Source of the DNA: a candidate division WOR-3 bacterium
GTDB taxonomy: Bacteria; Hydrothermota; Tepidihabitantia; Tepidihabitantales; Tepidihabitantaceae
Assembly: GCA_965648905.1 (NCBI GenBank)
Contig: CBFGIT010000011.1
Coordinates: forward strand, 32,557-96,556
Direction: 5' to 3'
Length of the DNA: 64,000 bases
Below the pieces are notes generated by a model, which saw nothing but the letters and a program-made list of their open reading frames with translations, had not been told where the DNA came from and did no database searches. The stretch's first letter is position 1. Every line of letters starts with the position of its first letter. Of the stretch, positions 28,697-38,494 are shown one piece after another. A program made the translations under genes and the position numbers.

Positions 28697-29806
28697 ATGA
28701 CCGACGAAGAGTTCTTCGAGACACTCATGGCGGAGTGCATCAAGAGGAACGCATCCGACCTGCACCTCACTGTTGGCCGACCGCCAACGCTCCGCATTGA
28801 CGGGTTCCTCCATCCGGTCGAAGGATGCCCGGTCCTCACCCCGGAAATGACCGAGAGCTTCAAGAACATATCGACCAAGGACCTGCGCCACCTGCGGGCG
28901 CAGATTGACAACGGCGGGGGCGGTGACTTTGCCTTGAGTTTCAAGGGTATGGCCCGGTTCCGGGTTGCCGTGTACAAGCAGAAGGGCTACTTCGGCATGG
29001 CGCTTCGGCTCATTCCGCGGCGCATCCTCAACTTCGACGAGCTGTTCGTATCTCAGCACTTCGCCCCGCGCATGAAGGCCCTGCTCGACCGTCCTCATGG
29101 ACTTATCCTGGTCACCGGCCCGACCGGCCAGGGCAAGACCACGACTCAGGCGACCTTTGTTGACTACATCCTTGAGAGCCCCCGACATGTGCTCACCATC
29201 GAGGACCCGATTGAGTTTGTCCACGACCACAAGAATGGCCTTGTCACGCAGCGCGAGGTGGGAATTGACGTGTCGTCTTTCCGCGAGGCCATCATGAAGG
29301 GTCTCCGTTCAAACCCGAACGTCATCCTCGTGGCCGAAATCCGCGACCTGGCAACGGCCGAGGCGACAATCTGGGCCGCAGAGTCGGGCCACCTTGTTAT
29401 CGGTACGCTCCACACGACCAATGCTCCGGAAACGATCACCCGGTTCATCGACATCTTCCCACCGGAAATCCGCGACCAGATCCGGATTCAGTTCTCTATT
29501 TCTCTGCTGTGCGTCATCGCCCAGCGACTGCTTATCCGTGCTGGCGGCAAGGGCCGGGTTGGGTGCTATGAGATAATGGTGGCAACGCCCGCGGTACGCA
29601 ACCTCATCCGGGAGCGAAAGATAGAACACCTGCCGTCGGCAATCCAGACCGGCACAGCCGAAGGCAGCATCTCGTTTGACGCCTACCTCGCCGAGCTCTA
29701 TCGAGCCGGCAAAGTCACCTACGAAACGGCCATCGCTTCGGCCTTTGACCCGAAGGGATTCCGCGAACTCGTCGAGTTCGGCACACGGACCACCCTCAAG
29801 CGATAG
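28697..29806 (+). CDS. pilT: PilT/PilU family type IV pilus ATPase
   Basis: ASDLHL, GPTGQGKTTT, TIEDPIE, QREVG, AAESGHLVIGTLHT, AVRNLIRE. Confidence 0.9.
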   Translation: MTDEEFFETLMAECIKRNASDLHLTVGRPPTLRIDGFLHPVEGCPVLTPEMTESFKNISTKDLRHLRAQIDNGGGGDFALSFKGMARFRVAVYKQKGYFGMALRLIPRRILNFDELFVSQHFAPRMKALLDRPHGLILVTGPTGQGKTTTQATFVDYILESPRHVLTIEDPIEFVHDHKNGLVTQREVGIDVSSFREAIMKGLRSNPNVILVAEIRDLATAEATIWAAESGHLVIGTLHTTNAPETITRFIDIFPPEIRDQIRIQFSISLLCVIAQRLLIRAGGKGRVGCYEIMVATPAVRNLIRERKIEHLPSAIQTGTAEGSISFDAYLAELYRAGKVTYETAIASAFDPKGFRELVEFGTRTTLKR

Positions 29807-29926
29807 TCGGTCACACCCTCAGAGTCCTGTTTCTCATTCTGACACAATAGGTTAGCCGTTCGGACACCCAGCCGCGGACGGCAGTCGCACAAGTCCGCAT
29901 CGGCCTCTGGTCTTAGGCCAGAGCCG

Positions 29927-29993
29927 TAACGCAGGCTCAATCAATCAGTTATCGGCGGCTGAAGCGCAAATCGGCTTCGGCACGAGCGGTGCA
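29927..29993 (+). promoter_or_regulatory. IHF-like site plus sigma54-type -24/-12 promoter
   Basis: AATCAATCAGTTA (29939-29951) fits WATCAAN4TTR; CGGCACGAGCGGTGCA has GG(29979-80)-N10-GC(29991-92). Confidence 0.5.
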
Positions 29994-30003
29994 CTTCACC
30001 CAC

Positions 30004-30182
30004 TCACCAATTGATGTGCATCCCTTGCCGTGTGCAAGCTAGGTCCCTCTGGAATCGCGGCTCGCGACCAGAGCTTTTCTGGCATTGAGGGGCGCGTACC
30101 CTTTCGAGTACGCTGCATGAAGGCAGGGGGTGGACGGAACCCTCAGGTTTGACTCCCCCGGCGACCTGAGGGTTCCTTGTTT
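30004..30182 (+). ncRNA. candidate structured small RNA
   Basis: Consecutive hairpins and a terminal 13-bp stem followed by TTGTTT; no credible ORF; strand inferred from the promoter. Confidence 0.4.
30136..30182 (+). terminator. strong hairpin, probable intrinsic terminator
   Basis: GGAACCCTCAGGT-15 nt-ACCTGAGGGTTCC then TTGTTT. Confidence 0.6.
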
Positions 30183-30211
30183 GCCCGCCGGTTCGCGCGT
30201 CGGCAGAAACG

Positions 30212-30880
30212 CTACGTGATTTCGCGGCGTGTCCGCCGGACCGCAAGCACGGCGTGAGCTCCAGCCGGCTCCCACTCGATATCGGGCAATGACCGGAGCG
30301 GTTGGTTGGAGACGTAGAGGACCAGTTCGCCGCGGCCGCACCACAGCCCCTGGTACTCGGACCCTGAAGCAGACCACGACGCGACGACCATGATTTCGCT
30401 GCCAATCAGGCAGCAGGACAATCCCTTTTCTACGTGCAGCTCACGTAGTGCCGCGGTCGTGGTCTCAACCGGCTCGTCTCTTTCGAATCGTGCAAGAACA
30501 TGCAGAAAGAGTCTCTCGCTTGGGCTGTCTGAATCGGGCAGGCGATTTCGGACGTCCAGCTCTTCAGGCCGGACCGCTCCACCGTGATGACAGAATGCCC
30601 AGGTCTGTCTCGCCTCACGGCGGGCAAAAGGCTGCATCTCCCGAATCGGGATTCCATGGCGGTTCTCCGGCACAAGGACCATCATGTCTGTACGCCGCTC
30701 GACCAGTTGGCGGAACTCGGGGTCCTCGCGGCAGGGCAGGGCCGAGCGGGTGAGCTCCAGCCGGTTACCGTAGCAGTAGGCGATGCCCCAGCCGCCCGGT
30801 TCTGGTTCGGGCCGGACCTCGGCGAGGACCGCGTCAATCACCTGGTTCATCCGGAATCGGCCGGCCGCGGCAATGAACAT
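30212..30880 (-). CDS. class II glutamine amidotransferase-like protein (YafJ/EgtC-like, degenerate)
   Basis: GGWGIAY, QPF, WAFCHHG, SPSERLF, SNQPL echo the family motifs. Confidence 0.6.
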   Translation of the reverse strand: MFIAAAGRFRMNQVIDAVLAEVRPEPEPGGWGIAYCYGNRLELTRSALPCREDPEFRQLVERRTDMMVLVPENRHGIPIREMQPFARREARQTWAFCHHGGAVRPEELDVRNRLPDSDSPSERLFLHVLARFERDEPVETTTAALRELHVEKGLSCCLIGSEIMVVASWSASGSEYQGLWCGRGELVLYVSNQPLRSLPDIEWEPAGAHAVLAVRRTRREIT

Positions 30881-30888
30881 GGCTTCCG

Positions 30889-31368
30889 CTATATCCCCAG
30901 TCTCACGCCCGCACTCGTCGGCCCCAGACTGAATGTCATCTGGCGGTCGAACTCGTACATCTGAGCCGACACATACGCATGTGCCATTGAGAAGACCACC
31001 GTCGCGCCGGTCCACCAGAGCAGCACGGTGCGCCGGTCCCTGAGTCGAATGTACTCTGCCTCGTTGCCCGCGGCCAGGGCCTCTCGGGCGCGAATGTGCT
31101 CCCGAACAGTGAGACCGGCCAGCGTCACCTCGGCCGGCGCGATGAGGGCCGCCTGCCACCAACGGTGGGTATAAAGCTGCCCCCCGCCCGGAATCAGTAA
31201 CGAGAGCACGACGGCCGTGCCCGGAGACTTGGCTGGCGGGCGCCGGGTTGAGACAGCCGGTGCCTGTACTGCTTGGGGTCGGGCAGTAGTGCTCTCCTGC
31301 TCCAGGGTCTGAGCCGAACCGGCCGCGAACGCAATCGCAATCAGAGCGGCAATGCGGCCATGGTTCAT
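30889..31368 (-). CDS. DUF5683-like secreted/membrane protein
   Basis: KSPGTAVVLSLLIPGGGQLY motif; HAYVSA near the C-terminus. Confidence 0.72.
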   Translation of the reverse strand: MNHGRIAALIAIAFAAGSAQTLEQESTTARPQAVQAPAVSTRRPPAKSPGTAVVLSLLIPGGGQLYTHRWWQAALIAPAEVTLAGLTVREHIRAREALAAGNEAEYIRLRDRRTVLLWWTGATVVFSMAHAYVSAQMYEFDRQMTFSLGPTSAGVRLGI

Positions 31369-31928
31369 TGGTTCAGGAGGACAATTTCCACTCGGCGATT
31401 CAAGGAACGGCCAGCCGCGGTCGTGTTCGGACCGACCGGTCTTCGGTCCCCCACGCTCTGCAGGGTCACCCGACTCGGCGTCACTCCCCAGGCGATGAGC
31501 GCCCGAGCCACGGCACCGGCGCGAGCCGCCGCATACTCCCAGTTGCTCGGATAGTACTCGCGGAGCTTGGCTGGCAGCGGGCCCGAATCGGTGTAACCGG
31601 TAACGAGAATCGGGCCGGGTGAAGCCTGAAGCGACGGAACCAGCGCCTTGAGCGTGGACTCAGCACTCGGCACGAGCTGGAAGTTATCGGCGCCGCCAAA
31701 CAACTGGTCAAAGGTCAGCGAGACCGAGAGCGAGGTGTCGGCTCTGGTCAGCATTGTTTTCAGGCTGTCGGACAGCTCCTGTACCTGACCTGTCCACATC
31801 GCTATCTCCTGTTGCTGCCGGTTCACCCGGTCTGCCCTTGGTACGTAGCCGAAGTTGTAGAACAGCAGGAACATGACCGCGAGCAAGAGCAGGAGTATCC
31901 AGCTCAGACTGGCGAACAGACCTTTCAC
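31365..31928 (-). CDS. OmpA/MotB-like peptidoglycan-binding protein
   Basis: N-terminal TM helix, coiled coil, VTGYTD, YPSNWEYAAARA, NRRVEI; start GTG 31928. Confidence 0.8.
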   Translation of the reverse strand: MKGLFASLSWILLLLLAVMFLLFYNFGYVPRADRVNRQQQEIAMWTGQVQELSDSLKTMLTRADTSLSVSLTFDQLFGGADNFQLVPSAESTLKALVPSLQASPGPILVTGYTDSGPLPAKLREYYPSNWEYAAARAGAVARALIAWGVTPSRVTLQSVGDRRPVGPNTTAAGRSLNRRVEIVLLNQ

Positions 31929-31944
31929 GGTGCAGTATGTCCGG

Positions 31945-34605
31945 TCACTTCCAGCCCTCGAGCTGCCGGTGCAGACGCTCGCGCCTGTCGGCCAACTCAG
32001 CCCGACGCCGGCGCTCGTTCTCGACCACCTCGGGTCTGGCCCGGGCCTCAAAATCCGGGTTGGCGAACTTGGCGTCGATGCCGGCCACGAGTCCGTCGAG
32101 CCGGGCGAGTTCAGCCCGAATCCGGCCCAGCTCCCGGTCCACGTCGACAATGCCCGCCAGCGGCACGTACGCTTCGAGCCCGGGCAGGACCGCGACCGAC
32201 GACTGGCTCGGCCGGTGCGACTCGAACCGGAATCCGGCAATCAGGGCCAGGTCCCTGGCCAGGCCTTCATTGCTCCTGAGGAACCGGGCGAGCTCTTCGT
32301 CGTTGGTATTCACGACGCACTCCACCACCGCTCTTGCCGGCACTTCCATCTCGGCCCGGATGTTCCTGATGGCGACGATGAGTTCGCGCAGGGTCTCGAC
32401 GTGTTCGACCTCGGCACGGTCGACCGCCAGTTTCTCCGGCCAGGTCGAAAGCATTATCGAGCCGCCCTTGGACCCGGCGCTGAATCCCAGTCGCTCCCAC
32501 AGCTCCTCGGTGATGAACGGCATGAACGGATGCAGCAGTTGCAGAGTGCCGCGCAAGACGAGGTACAGGGTCCGGCGGCAGGCCGGATCATCCGCCTTCA
32601 GCCGTTGTTTGGCAAACTCAAGATACCAGTCACACAGCTCATGCCAGAAGAATTCGTACAGCCGGGCTGCGACCGCGGAGTAGGCACAGGCTTCCAGACC
32701 GCGGGTGACCGCGTCGACCGTCTCGTTGTAGCGGCTGACAATCCACGCATCGACCGGCTGGTTGTCGGAGGGTTCAGCCACCGGTTTCTCCGGCGGAAAC
32801 TGGGTGACAGTCCCCAGGTGCGGCGCAACCAGGCGGCAGGCATTCCAGACCTTGTTCGTGAAATTGCGGCCGAACTCGAACCGCTTCTCGCTCAGACGGT
32901 AGCTCTGCGACTGGCTCTCAAGGTAGGCAAGCGTAAACCGCACCGCGTCGGTGCCGTACTTCTGGAACATGTCTACCGGGTCGATACCCACGCCCTTGGA
33001 CCGGCTCATCCGCTCGCCGCTCTCGACCAGGATGAAAGAGTGGAAGTAGACCCGCGAGAACGGAATGTCGCCCATGAACTTGAGGCCCGAAAATACCATC
33101 CGTGCGACCCAGAGGAAGATGATGTCGGGCGCGGTCGAGAGGAAGTCGGTCGGATAGAACTTTTCGAGGTCGGCGGTCTTCTCGGGCCAACCCATGGTCG
33201 AGAACGGCCAGAGCGCAGAGCTGAACCACGTATCGAGGACATCCTCGTCCTGGCGGACTCTCTGGCTGTGGCACTTCCGGCACTCGGTCGGGTCGGTCCG
33301 CTCGACCATCACCGCGCCGCACTCGTCGCAGTAGAAAACCGGAATTCGGTGTCCCCACCAGAGCTGGCGCGAGATGCACCAGTCCCGGATGTTGTACATC
33401 CAGTCGAGATAGACCTTGGTCCAGCGCTCGGGGATGAACTGAACCCGACCGGACTCGACAACCTCAATCGCCGGCTTTGCCAGCTCCTGCATCCGGACAA
33501 ACCACTGCTCGGAAACGAGCGGCTCGACGGTTGTTCCGCAGCGCTCGCAGATGCTCGCACTCAGCTTGTACGGTTCAATCTTCTCAAGCAGCCCCAGAGC
33601 TTCAAGGTCGGCGACCACGCGCCTGCGGCATTCCTCGCGTGAGAGTCCCTGGTATTGCTTCGGCACCTTGTCGGTCATCCGCGCATCTTCATCGATGACC
33701 GTGACGAACTCCAGACCGTGCCTGCGCCCCATCTCGAAATCGGCGGCATCGTGCGCTGGCGTGACTTTCACCGCGCCGGTCCCGAAGTTGGAGAGCACGA
33801 GTTCATCCGCGATGACCGGAATCTCCCGGCCGACCAGGGGCAGGACCAGCTTCTGGCCGACCAGCTCGCGATAGCGCTCATCGTTCGGATTCACCGCCAC
33901 CGCGGTGTCTCCGAGCATCGTCTCCGGCCGGGTGGTCGCGACGACGACATGGCGCTCGGGTCCTTCGGCGGCAAGTGGGTATCTGATGTACCACCAGTGG
34001 CTGTGCTGGTCCTGGTGCTTCACCTCAAGGTCTGACACCGCAGTGTGGCAGCGCGGGCACCAGTTGACGATGCGCGTGCCGCGGTAGATGAGCCCGTCCT
34101 CGTAATAGCGAACGAACGCCTCGCGCACCGCGCGCGAGCAGACTTCGTCCATCGTGAATCGGGTCCGGGTCCAATCGCAGGCGCAACCGAGGAGCTTGAG
34201 CTGCTCGACAATCCGCGTGCCGTACTTCTCTTTCCAGGCCCAAGCCCGCTTCAGGAACTCGTCGCGGCCGAGCTTGAAACGGTCCGTGCCTTCAGCGGCG
34301 AGCGCCCGGTCGATGTGGGTGTGAGTGCCGATGCTGGCGTGGTCGGTCCCGGGCAGCCACAGGGTCTCGTAGCCCTGCAGCTTCTTGAACCGTATCTGCG
34401 CGTCCTGCAGACTGTTGTTCAGGGCGTGGCCGACGTGCAGCGAGCCGGTGATGTTCGGCGGCGGAATGACGATCGAGAACTTCGGCTTGTTCGACTTCGG
34501 GTCAGCGGTGAAGAAGCCGTTCTTCTCCCAGAACTCGTACCACTTCGCCTCGACCGGCTTAGGGTCGTAGCGGGAGGGAAATTCGTCCTGCTGGTGAGCG
34601 GCCAT
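31945..34605 (-). CDS. valS: valine--tRNA ligase
   Basis: PPPNITGSLHVGHA, TTRPET, DWCISRQLWWGHRIP, DVLDTWFSS, LHPFMPFITEE. Confidence 0.97.
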   Translation of the reverse strand: MAAHQQDEFPSRYDPKPVEAKWYEFWEKNGFFTADPKSNKPKFSIVIPPPNITGSLHVGHALNNSLQDAQIRFKKLQGYETLWLPGTDHASIGTHTHIDRALAAEGTDRFKLGRDEFLKRAWAWKEKYGTRIVEQLKLLGCACDWTRTRFTMDEVCSRAVREAFVRYYEDGLIYRGTRIVNWCPRCHTAVSDLEVKHQDQHSHWWYIRYPLAAEGPERHVVVATTRPETMLGDTAVAVNPNDERYRELVGQKLVLPLVGREIPVIADELVLSNFGTGAVKVTPAHDAADFEMGRRHGLEFVTVIDEDARMTDKVPKQYQGLSREECRRRVVADLEALGLLEKIEPYKLSASICERCGTTVEPLVSEQWFVRMQELAKPAIEVVESGRVQFIPERWTKVYLDWMYNIRDWCISRQLWWGHRIPVFYCDECGAVMVERTDPTECRKCHSQRVRQDEDVLDTWFSSALWPFSTMGWPEKTADLEKFYPTDFLSTAPDIIFLWVARMVFSGLKFMGDIPFSRVYFHSFILVESGERMSRSKGVGIDPVDMFQKYGTDAVRFTLAYLESQSQSYRLSEKRFEFGRNFTNKVWNACRLVAPHLGTVTQFPPEKPVAEPSDNQPVDAWIVSRYNETVDAVTRGLEACAYSAVAARLYEFFWHELCDWYLEFAKQRLKADDPACRRTLYLVLRGTLQLLHPFMPFITEELWERLGFSAGSKGGSIMLSTWPEKLAVDRAEVEHVETLRELIVAIRNIRAEMEVPARAVVECVVNTNDEELARFLRSNEGLARDLALIAGFRFESHRPSQSSVAVLPGLEAYVPLAGIVDVDRELGRIRAELARLDGLVAGIDAKFANPDFEARARPEVVENERRRRAELADRRERLHRQLEGWK

Positions 34606-34613
34606 TACGGGCA

Positions 34614-34641
34614 ATTATAGGAGCAACGCTCCAACTGTCAA
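34614..34641 (-). promoter_or_regulatory. sigma70-type promoter (TTGACA-16-TATAAT), leaderless valS
   Basis: Perfect hexamers; ATG 8 nt after -10. Confidence 0.75.
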
Positions 34642-35469
34642 AGAATCGCGGCACAACTGGGCTGACCGGGGACGCTACCCATTTTGTAACTCATGTTGTC
34701 AATGTGGTGCGGCTGCGCGACCCGGGTCAGAGCAAGTCGAAGCCAATGGCAGCCGTCTCCATCGACTCGACCTGCCCCAGCTCCGGAGCGCGAAGAAGGC
34801 GGTGGAGTGAGATAGCCGGCAGCAGACAGGTAGCAGGGCGGAGATGGGTGAACTAGGGCAGAAGCAGGAGGCTGGAGCCTGGAACGCAGAGCGGGGCTAA
34901 CATTCAGACAATACGTGCTTGAGCGGGATGCCCGGTACGTAAGCTGGCGCATCCGCGCCCGTACAGGTGGATTGGGGGGAGGCCGTTCCCCATGCCATGA
35001 CTTCCGGTGCAAGGAGAAGCGTGGTTGAGCCGAAGTTCGTCCTGGTCTTGCTGCCCATGATGCCACGTGTGCTGACTCAGGCGTTGCCCAGGGCGTTATC
35101 TTGAGCAGTGTCGCGCGCATTGCCGCGAGCAGAAGCTCAGGCAGTGGCCTAAGCAGATTGCCGACCAGTTGCCGCGGCTACTGGTTTCCTGTCTGAGCCG
35201 GTGGCGGTCTCGTCGTTCATCGCGGTCTCAGCCGCGCCAGCGGCCGCAGCTTCTGTTCGAGCAAAGGCAAGCCGGCATCGACAGCGGAACGTCGCGAACA
35301 TGCGGCAACCTGTTTCCGAGCAAGCCAGCGACTTCAACCGCGAAGCACAACGCCTGGCAGAGATGACGAAATCAGCCGTTCTGAGTGTGCGGCTGGCAGT
35401 ATCGAGATGTATCGTAGCGAGGCACGACGCGGGCGGTGCTTGCCCGTGCGCAGGACCATGAATTCAAGC

Positions 35470-37407
35470 TCAGCGGTCGGCTACCACGACCTTCCTGGTT
35501 TCCCGCGCAGCGCCCGTCTCGAACTCCAGCCAGTAAACACCGGCGCTCAGTTGGCGGACAGGCAGTTCGGTCTGGTGTCGGCCCGCCGGCATCATGCCGT
35601 CGAGTATCACGGCGCACAGGCTGCCCGCAGCATCGTACAGACGCAGCGAAACCAGCGCCGGCACCGGAACCTGGAAACCGACCCTTGCCCGGCCCCGAAC
35701 CGGACTGGGACTCACCGACCCAAGCCAGGTCGCGCTGCCCGGCGCAGCCTCAAGTACGGCCTGCGGCGAGGCAACAATCACCGAGTCTTCAACTTTGTCG
35801 TTGCCGGGCCGGACATCGGTTGCGAGCCGGGTGGTGCAGCGTGTGACCCACCGGCCGACCGTCTGCGGTATCCAGTTCGGGAATTGGAGCACCGTATCCG
35901 CACCGGCAGGAACGGTTCGCGTCAACGTCCGGACATAGCCGTCGCTGATTGAGAACTCGGTCATGAACGTCTCCGCAACGTTACCGTAGTTGCGCACGCG
36001 CGCGCTCGGCGTAACCGAAACCCCGGAGTCAACCACGCCTGCGGGCGAGAGAATCCCGGTTGCGCCGACGTCGTGGATTGCGACCATGGTCGTGGCGGTG
36101 CGCCGGTCATTGGCCGGATTGGTGTCGTTCGCAAGCTGAGTGGAGCAGGAAACAGGATAGGAGCCGCCCGCGCAGTTGACACTCCAGCTCGGAAACTGCA
36201 CTGCCACCGCAGTTCCCGGTGCATGGCCGGCCACGACCGCGGTATCGTCGTACACCGTACCGACCTTCATTCGGACCGAGTAGGTCTCGATGAACGTACC
36301 GAAGTTGTAGACCGTGCAGGCTGGAGTGACGATTGAACCAGAATCGACCTGGACTCCGGGTGAGCGGATGGCCGTAACGCCGACGTCGCGTCGGCTGGAC
36401 AGGTTATTTCTCACCTTGACGAGCATGCTGTCCCACGCGGTGTTACCGTACTCGTCCCAGGCAGCAACGATGACCCAGTAGTTGCCGTCGGCCACGGTGG
36501 TCGTGTTCCATCCAGCCAGTGAGTCGGACGACTCAATAACCGAGTCGTAGTCGGTGTTCGTGAAGATGTAGAAGTACTGCCGGGCGAGTGAATCGTAGTT
36601 GCATCGGGTCGGGCAGGTGGCGTCCTGCTTGTAGACCGCGCGGGACTGCTGCGGGTTGTAACCGTCGATTGAGTCGGTGAACTGAATAGCGACCTGCATC
36701 GGCACGACGTAGTTGCCGAAAGTATCACGGATGCCAAAGGCGACTTTGAACACCGCAACCCGCCAGAGCCGGTGGTTGATGCGGTCATCGAGTCGGCAGA
36801 TGAGGTCCACGTCGCCGTACACGCTGTCCTTGGTCAGGTAGGTGCTGGTATTGTTCTGGCAGATGGCAAAGCGCTGACCAGTGTAGGCGTCAACAAAGTT
36901 CGGGGTAATCGAATCGTCGTCCGGTTCGAGCTCCATCAACGGGTTCTTGTAGAAGCCGCCGTAGTCAGGCCAGGTGACACCCGAGTTGCGGTTCCTGGAG
37001 AAGTGGTTATGGTGGAAGTTGGCAACACTCCAGGTCGCAATCAGGCCGAGCGTGTCGCCGACTTCGACCGTGTCGCCGACCTGAACCTGGATCGTTGAGT
37101 TGTCGATATGGTAATACATGAACCCGGAGCAGAACGCGGCTCCGGCCGAATCGGCAACCGTGACGCCGTTGTACATCGGGCTGCCGCCGAGCCAGATAGC
37201 CTTGACATAGCCGCGCTTGATGGCAACCGCGGGTGCCAGGGCCGAGGTCATGATGTCCTGGCCGTTGTGCAGATAAGGCGAAGAGCCGTAGTTCTGGTAA
37301 CTGCCCCAGGCGTTGCCGATGTGATGGGGCTGATTGGTCGGGTGATGAGGCCAGGGCAGGGCAAGACAGATTCCGGCGATTGAGGCAAACATGCTCAGGA
37401 ATCTCAT
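35470..37407 (-). CDS. secreted M23-like metallopeptidase domain + CARDB/Ig repeats + T9SS type A domain
   Basis: HNGQD and HNHF zinc motifs; two DVG(V/A)T.I.SP repeats; PSP...LYDAAG...GVYW C-terminus. Confidence 0.75.
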   Translation of the reverse strand: MRFLSMFASIAGICLALPWPHHPTNQPHHIGNAWGSYQNYGSSPYLHNGQDIMTSALAPAVAIKRGYVKAIWLGGSPMYNGVTVADSAGAAFCSGFMYYHIDNSTIQVQVGDTVEVGDTLGLIATWSVANFHHNHFSRNRNSGVTWPDYGGFYKNPLMELEPDDDSITPNFVDAYTGQRFAICQNNTSTYLTKDSVYGDVDLICRLDDRINHRLWRVAVFKVAFGIRDTFGNYVVPMQVAIQFTDSIDGYNPQQSRAVYKQDATCPTRCNYDSLARQYFYIFTNTDYDSVIESSDSLAGWNTTTVADGNYWVIVAAWDEYGNTAWDSMLVKVRNNLSSRRDVGVTAIRSPGVQVDSGSIVTPACTVYNFGTFIETYSVRMKVGTVYDDTAVVAGHAPGTAVAVQFPSWSVNCAGGSYPVSCSTQLANDTNPANDRRTATTMVAIHDVGATGILSPAGVVDSGVSVTPSARVRNYGNVAETFMTEFSISDGYVRTLTRTVPAGADTVLQFPNWIPQTVGRWVTRCTTRLATDVRPGNDKVEDSVIVASPQAVLEAAPGSATWLGSVSPSPVRGRARVGFQVPVPALVSLRLYDAAGSLCAVILDGMMPAGRHQTELPVRQLSAGVYWLEFETGAARETRKVVVADR

Positions 37408-38382
37408 CTATTCCTCCTGGTACTCGTACCGCAGAACATGCTCAGCGGTCCTGACCGTCAGTGCGTTCGAACCGGAGAACCTGACCTGGGGTGAAGTGAT
37501 GTTCCACTTGTCGTAGCTGAGCTGCTCCTGCCACAGGACCGTTCCTACAGGGTCGAGCAACATGACCAGGCCTCGACGATGCCGGCCATCGGTACCCCGG
37601 CCCGCATCAGCATCAAGTCCGACCGCGACCTGTCTGCCGTCTTCGGACACGTCAACCGAGATGAACCGGAGGGCTGGTTCTGGTGCCGAAACGCGAGCGG
37701 TGAGTTGCATCGCCTCGGTACGAAGAACGTAGAGCTTGAACCTGTCAACCCACGCAAGCACTGCTCCGTTGCCCGAAAGGCTGATATCCCGGACAAACGG
37801 CGATGCGAGCGGATAGCGCCCTGCTTCCCTGCCGTCCTGGAACAGAACGACCGCCTCGTCCTGCGCCAACGCAACCGACCGGCCATTGCCGGACAGGGCG
37901 AACCGGTTGGCTTGGCCGAGATTGCCGAGCTCGGTGCCGTCAACCTGGAACAGCCGCACGCCGTTCCTGCTGTCGAGCACGCCATAGACCGACCCGTCAG
38001 CAGAGAAGGCCCTTTGTGCCAGGAACCCAACCTCGGCGCTGCCGGTTTTCTGCCCGGTGCGGTCGTAGAAGTGCAGCCGGGCTCGACCTGAGACCGGGCC
38101 GTCAAAGTCAATGCCGACAACCAAACCCTGGTCGGAAATGTCCAGAACCGTGTGCCCGTCGCCCTGTCGGGCATACACCGAGCTGCCGCCTGCTTTTTGC
38201 AGCTCGAACCGCTGGAACGGCACGAACTCGGAATTGCCGCTCTCGTATTCGACCACAGCCTGGTACGCTCGGTTGGGAGAATGGAACACGTGGAGGTCAG
38301 ACTTGATGCTCTCCCGTCCAGCCAGCCGAGGCGAAATCACGGATGAGAGCAGAGGCATCAGCAACAAGGTGTGTAGAATCAC
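37408..38382 (-). CDS. secreted WD40-like beta-propeller hypothetical protein
   Basis: RBS GAGGAG, GTG start, signal peptide; repeated (F/L/V)SxDGx; abuts the peptidase gene. Confidence 0.65.
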   Translation of the reverse strand: MILHTLLLMPLLSSVISPRLAGRESIKSDLHVFHSPNRAYQAVVEYESGNSEFVPFQRFELQKAGGSSVYARQGDGHTVLDISDQGLVVGIDFDGPVSGRARLHFYDRTGQKTGSAEVGFLAQRAFSADGSVYGVLDSRNGVRLFQVDGTELGNLGQANRFALSGNGRSVALAQDEAVVLFQDGREAGRYPLASPFVRDISLSGNGAVLAWVDRFKLYVLRTEAMQLTARVSAPEPALRFISVDVSEDGRQVAVGLDADAGRGTDGRHRRGLVMLLDPVGTVLWQEQLSYDKWNITSPQVRFSGSNALTVRTAEHVLRYEYQEE

Positions 38383-38451
38383 ATTTGGCTCCTCGGAGTA
38401 TCTTGCCCTGGTTCGCGTCCAAGTCAAGCGCCGCGGCTGATTGGGGCTGGG

Positions 38452-38479
38452 TTGACATTGTGTCCGGGCCGCATATGCT
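38452..38479 (+). promoter_or_regulatory. sigma70-type promoter (TTGACA-16-TATGCT)
   Basis: Upstream of the aldehyde dehydrogenase. Confidence 0.6.
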
Positions 38480-38494
38480 CTGACCGAGGTCAGT

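Noticed and set aside
29950..30150. Glycine or c-di-GMP riboswitch, or tmRNA, interpretation of the structured region
   Set aside because: Only fragments match (CTCTGGA, CCCTCAGG, GCACTT); the full consensus and a downstream same-strand gene are missing.
34642..35460. ORFs in the 800-bp gap upstream of valS
   Set aside because: No motifs, RBS or protein-like composition; no T-box recognised, and valS appears leaderless.
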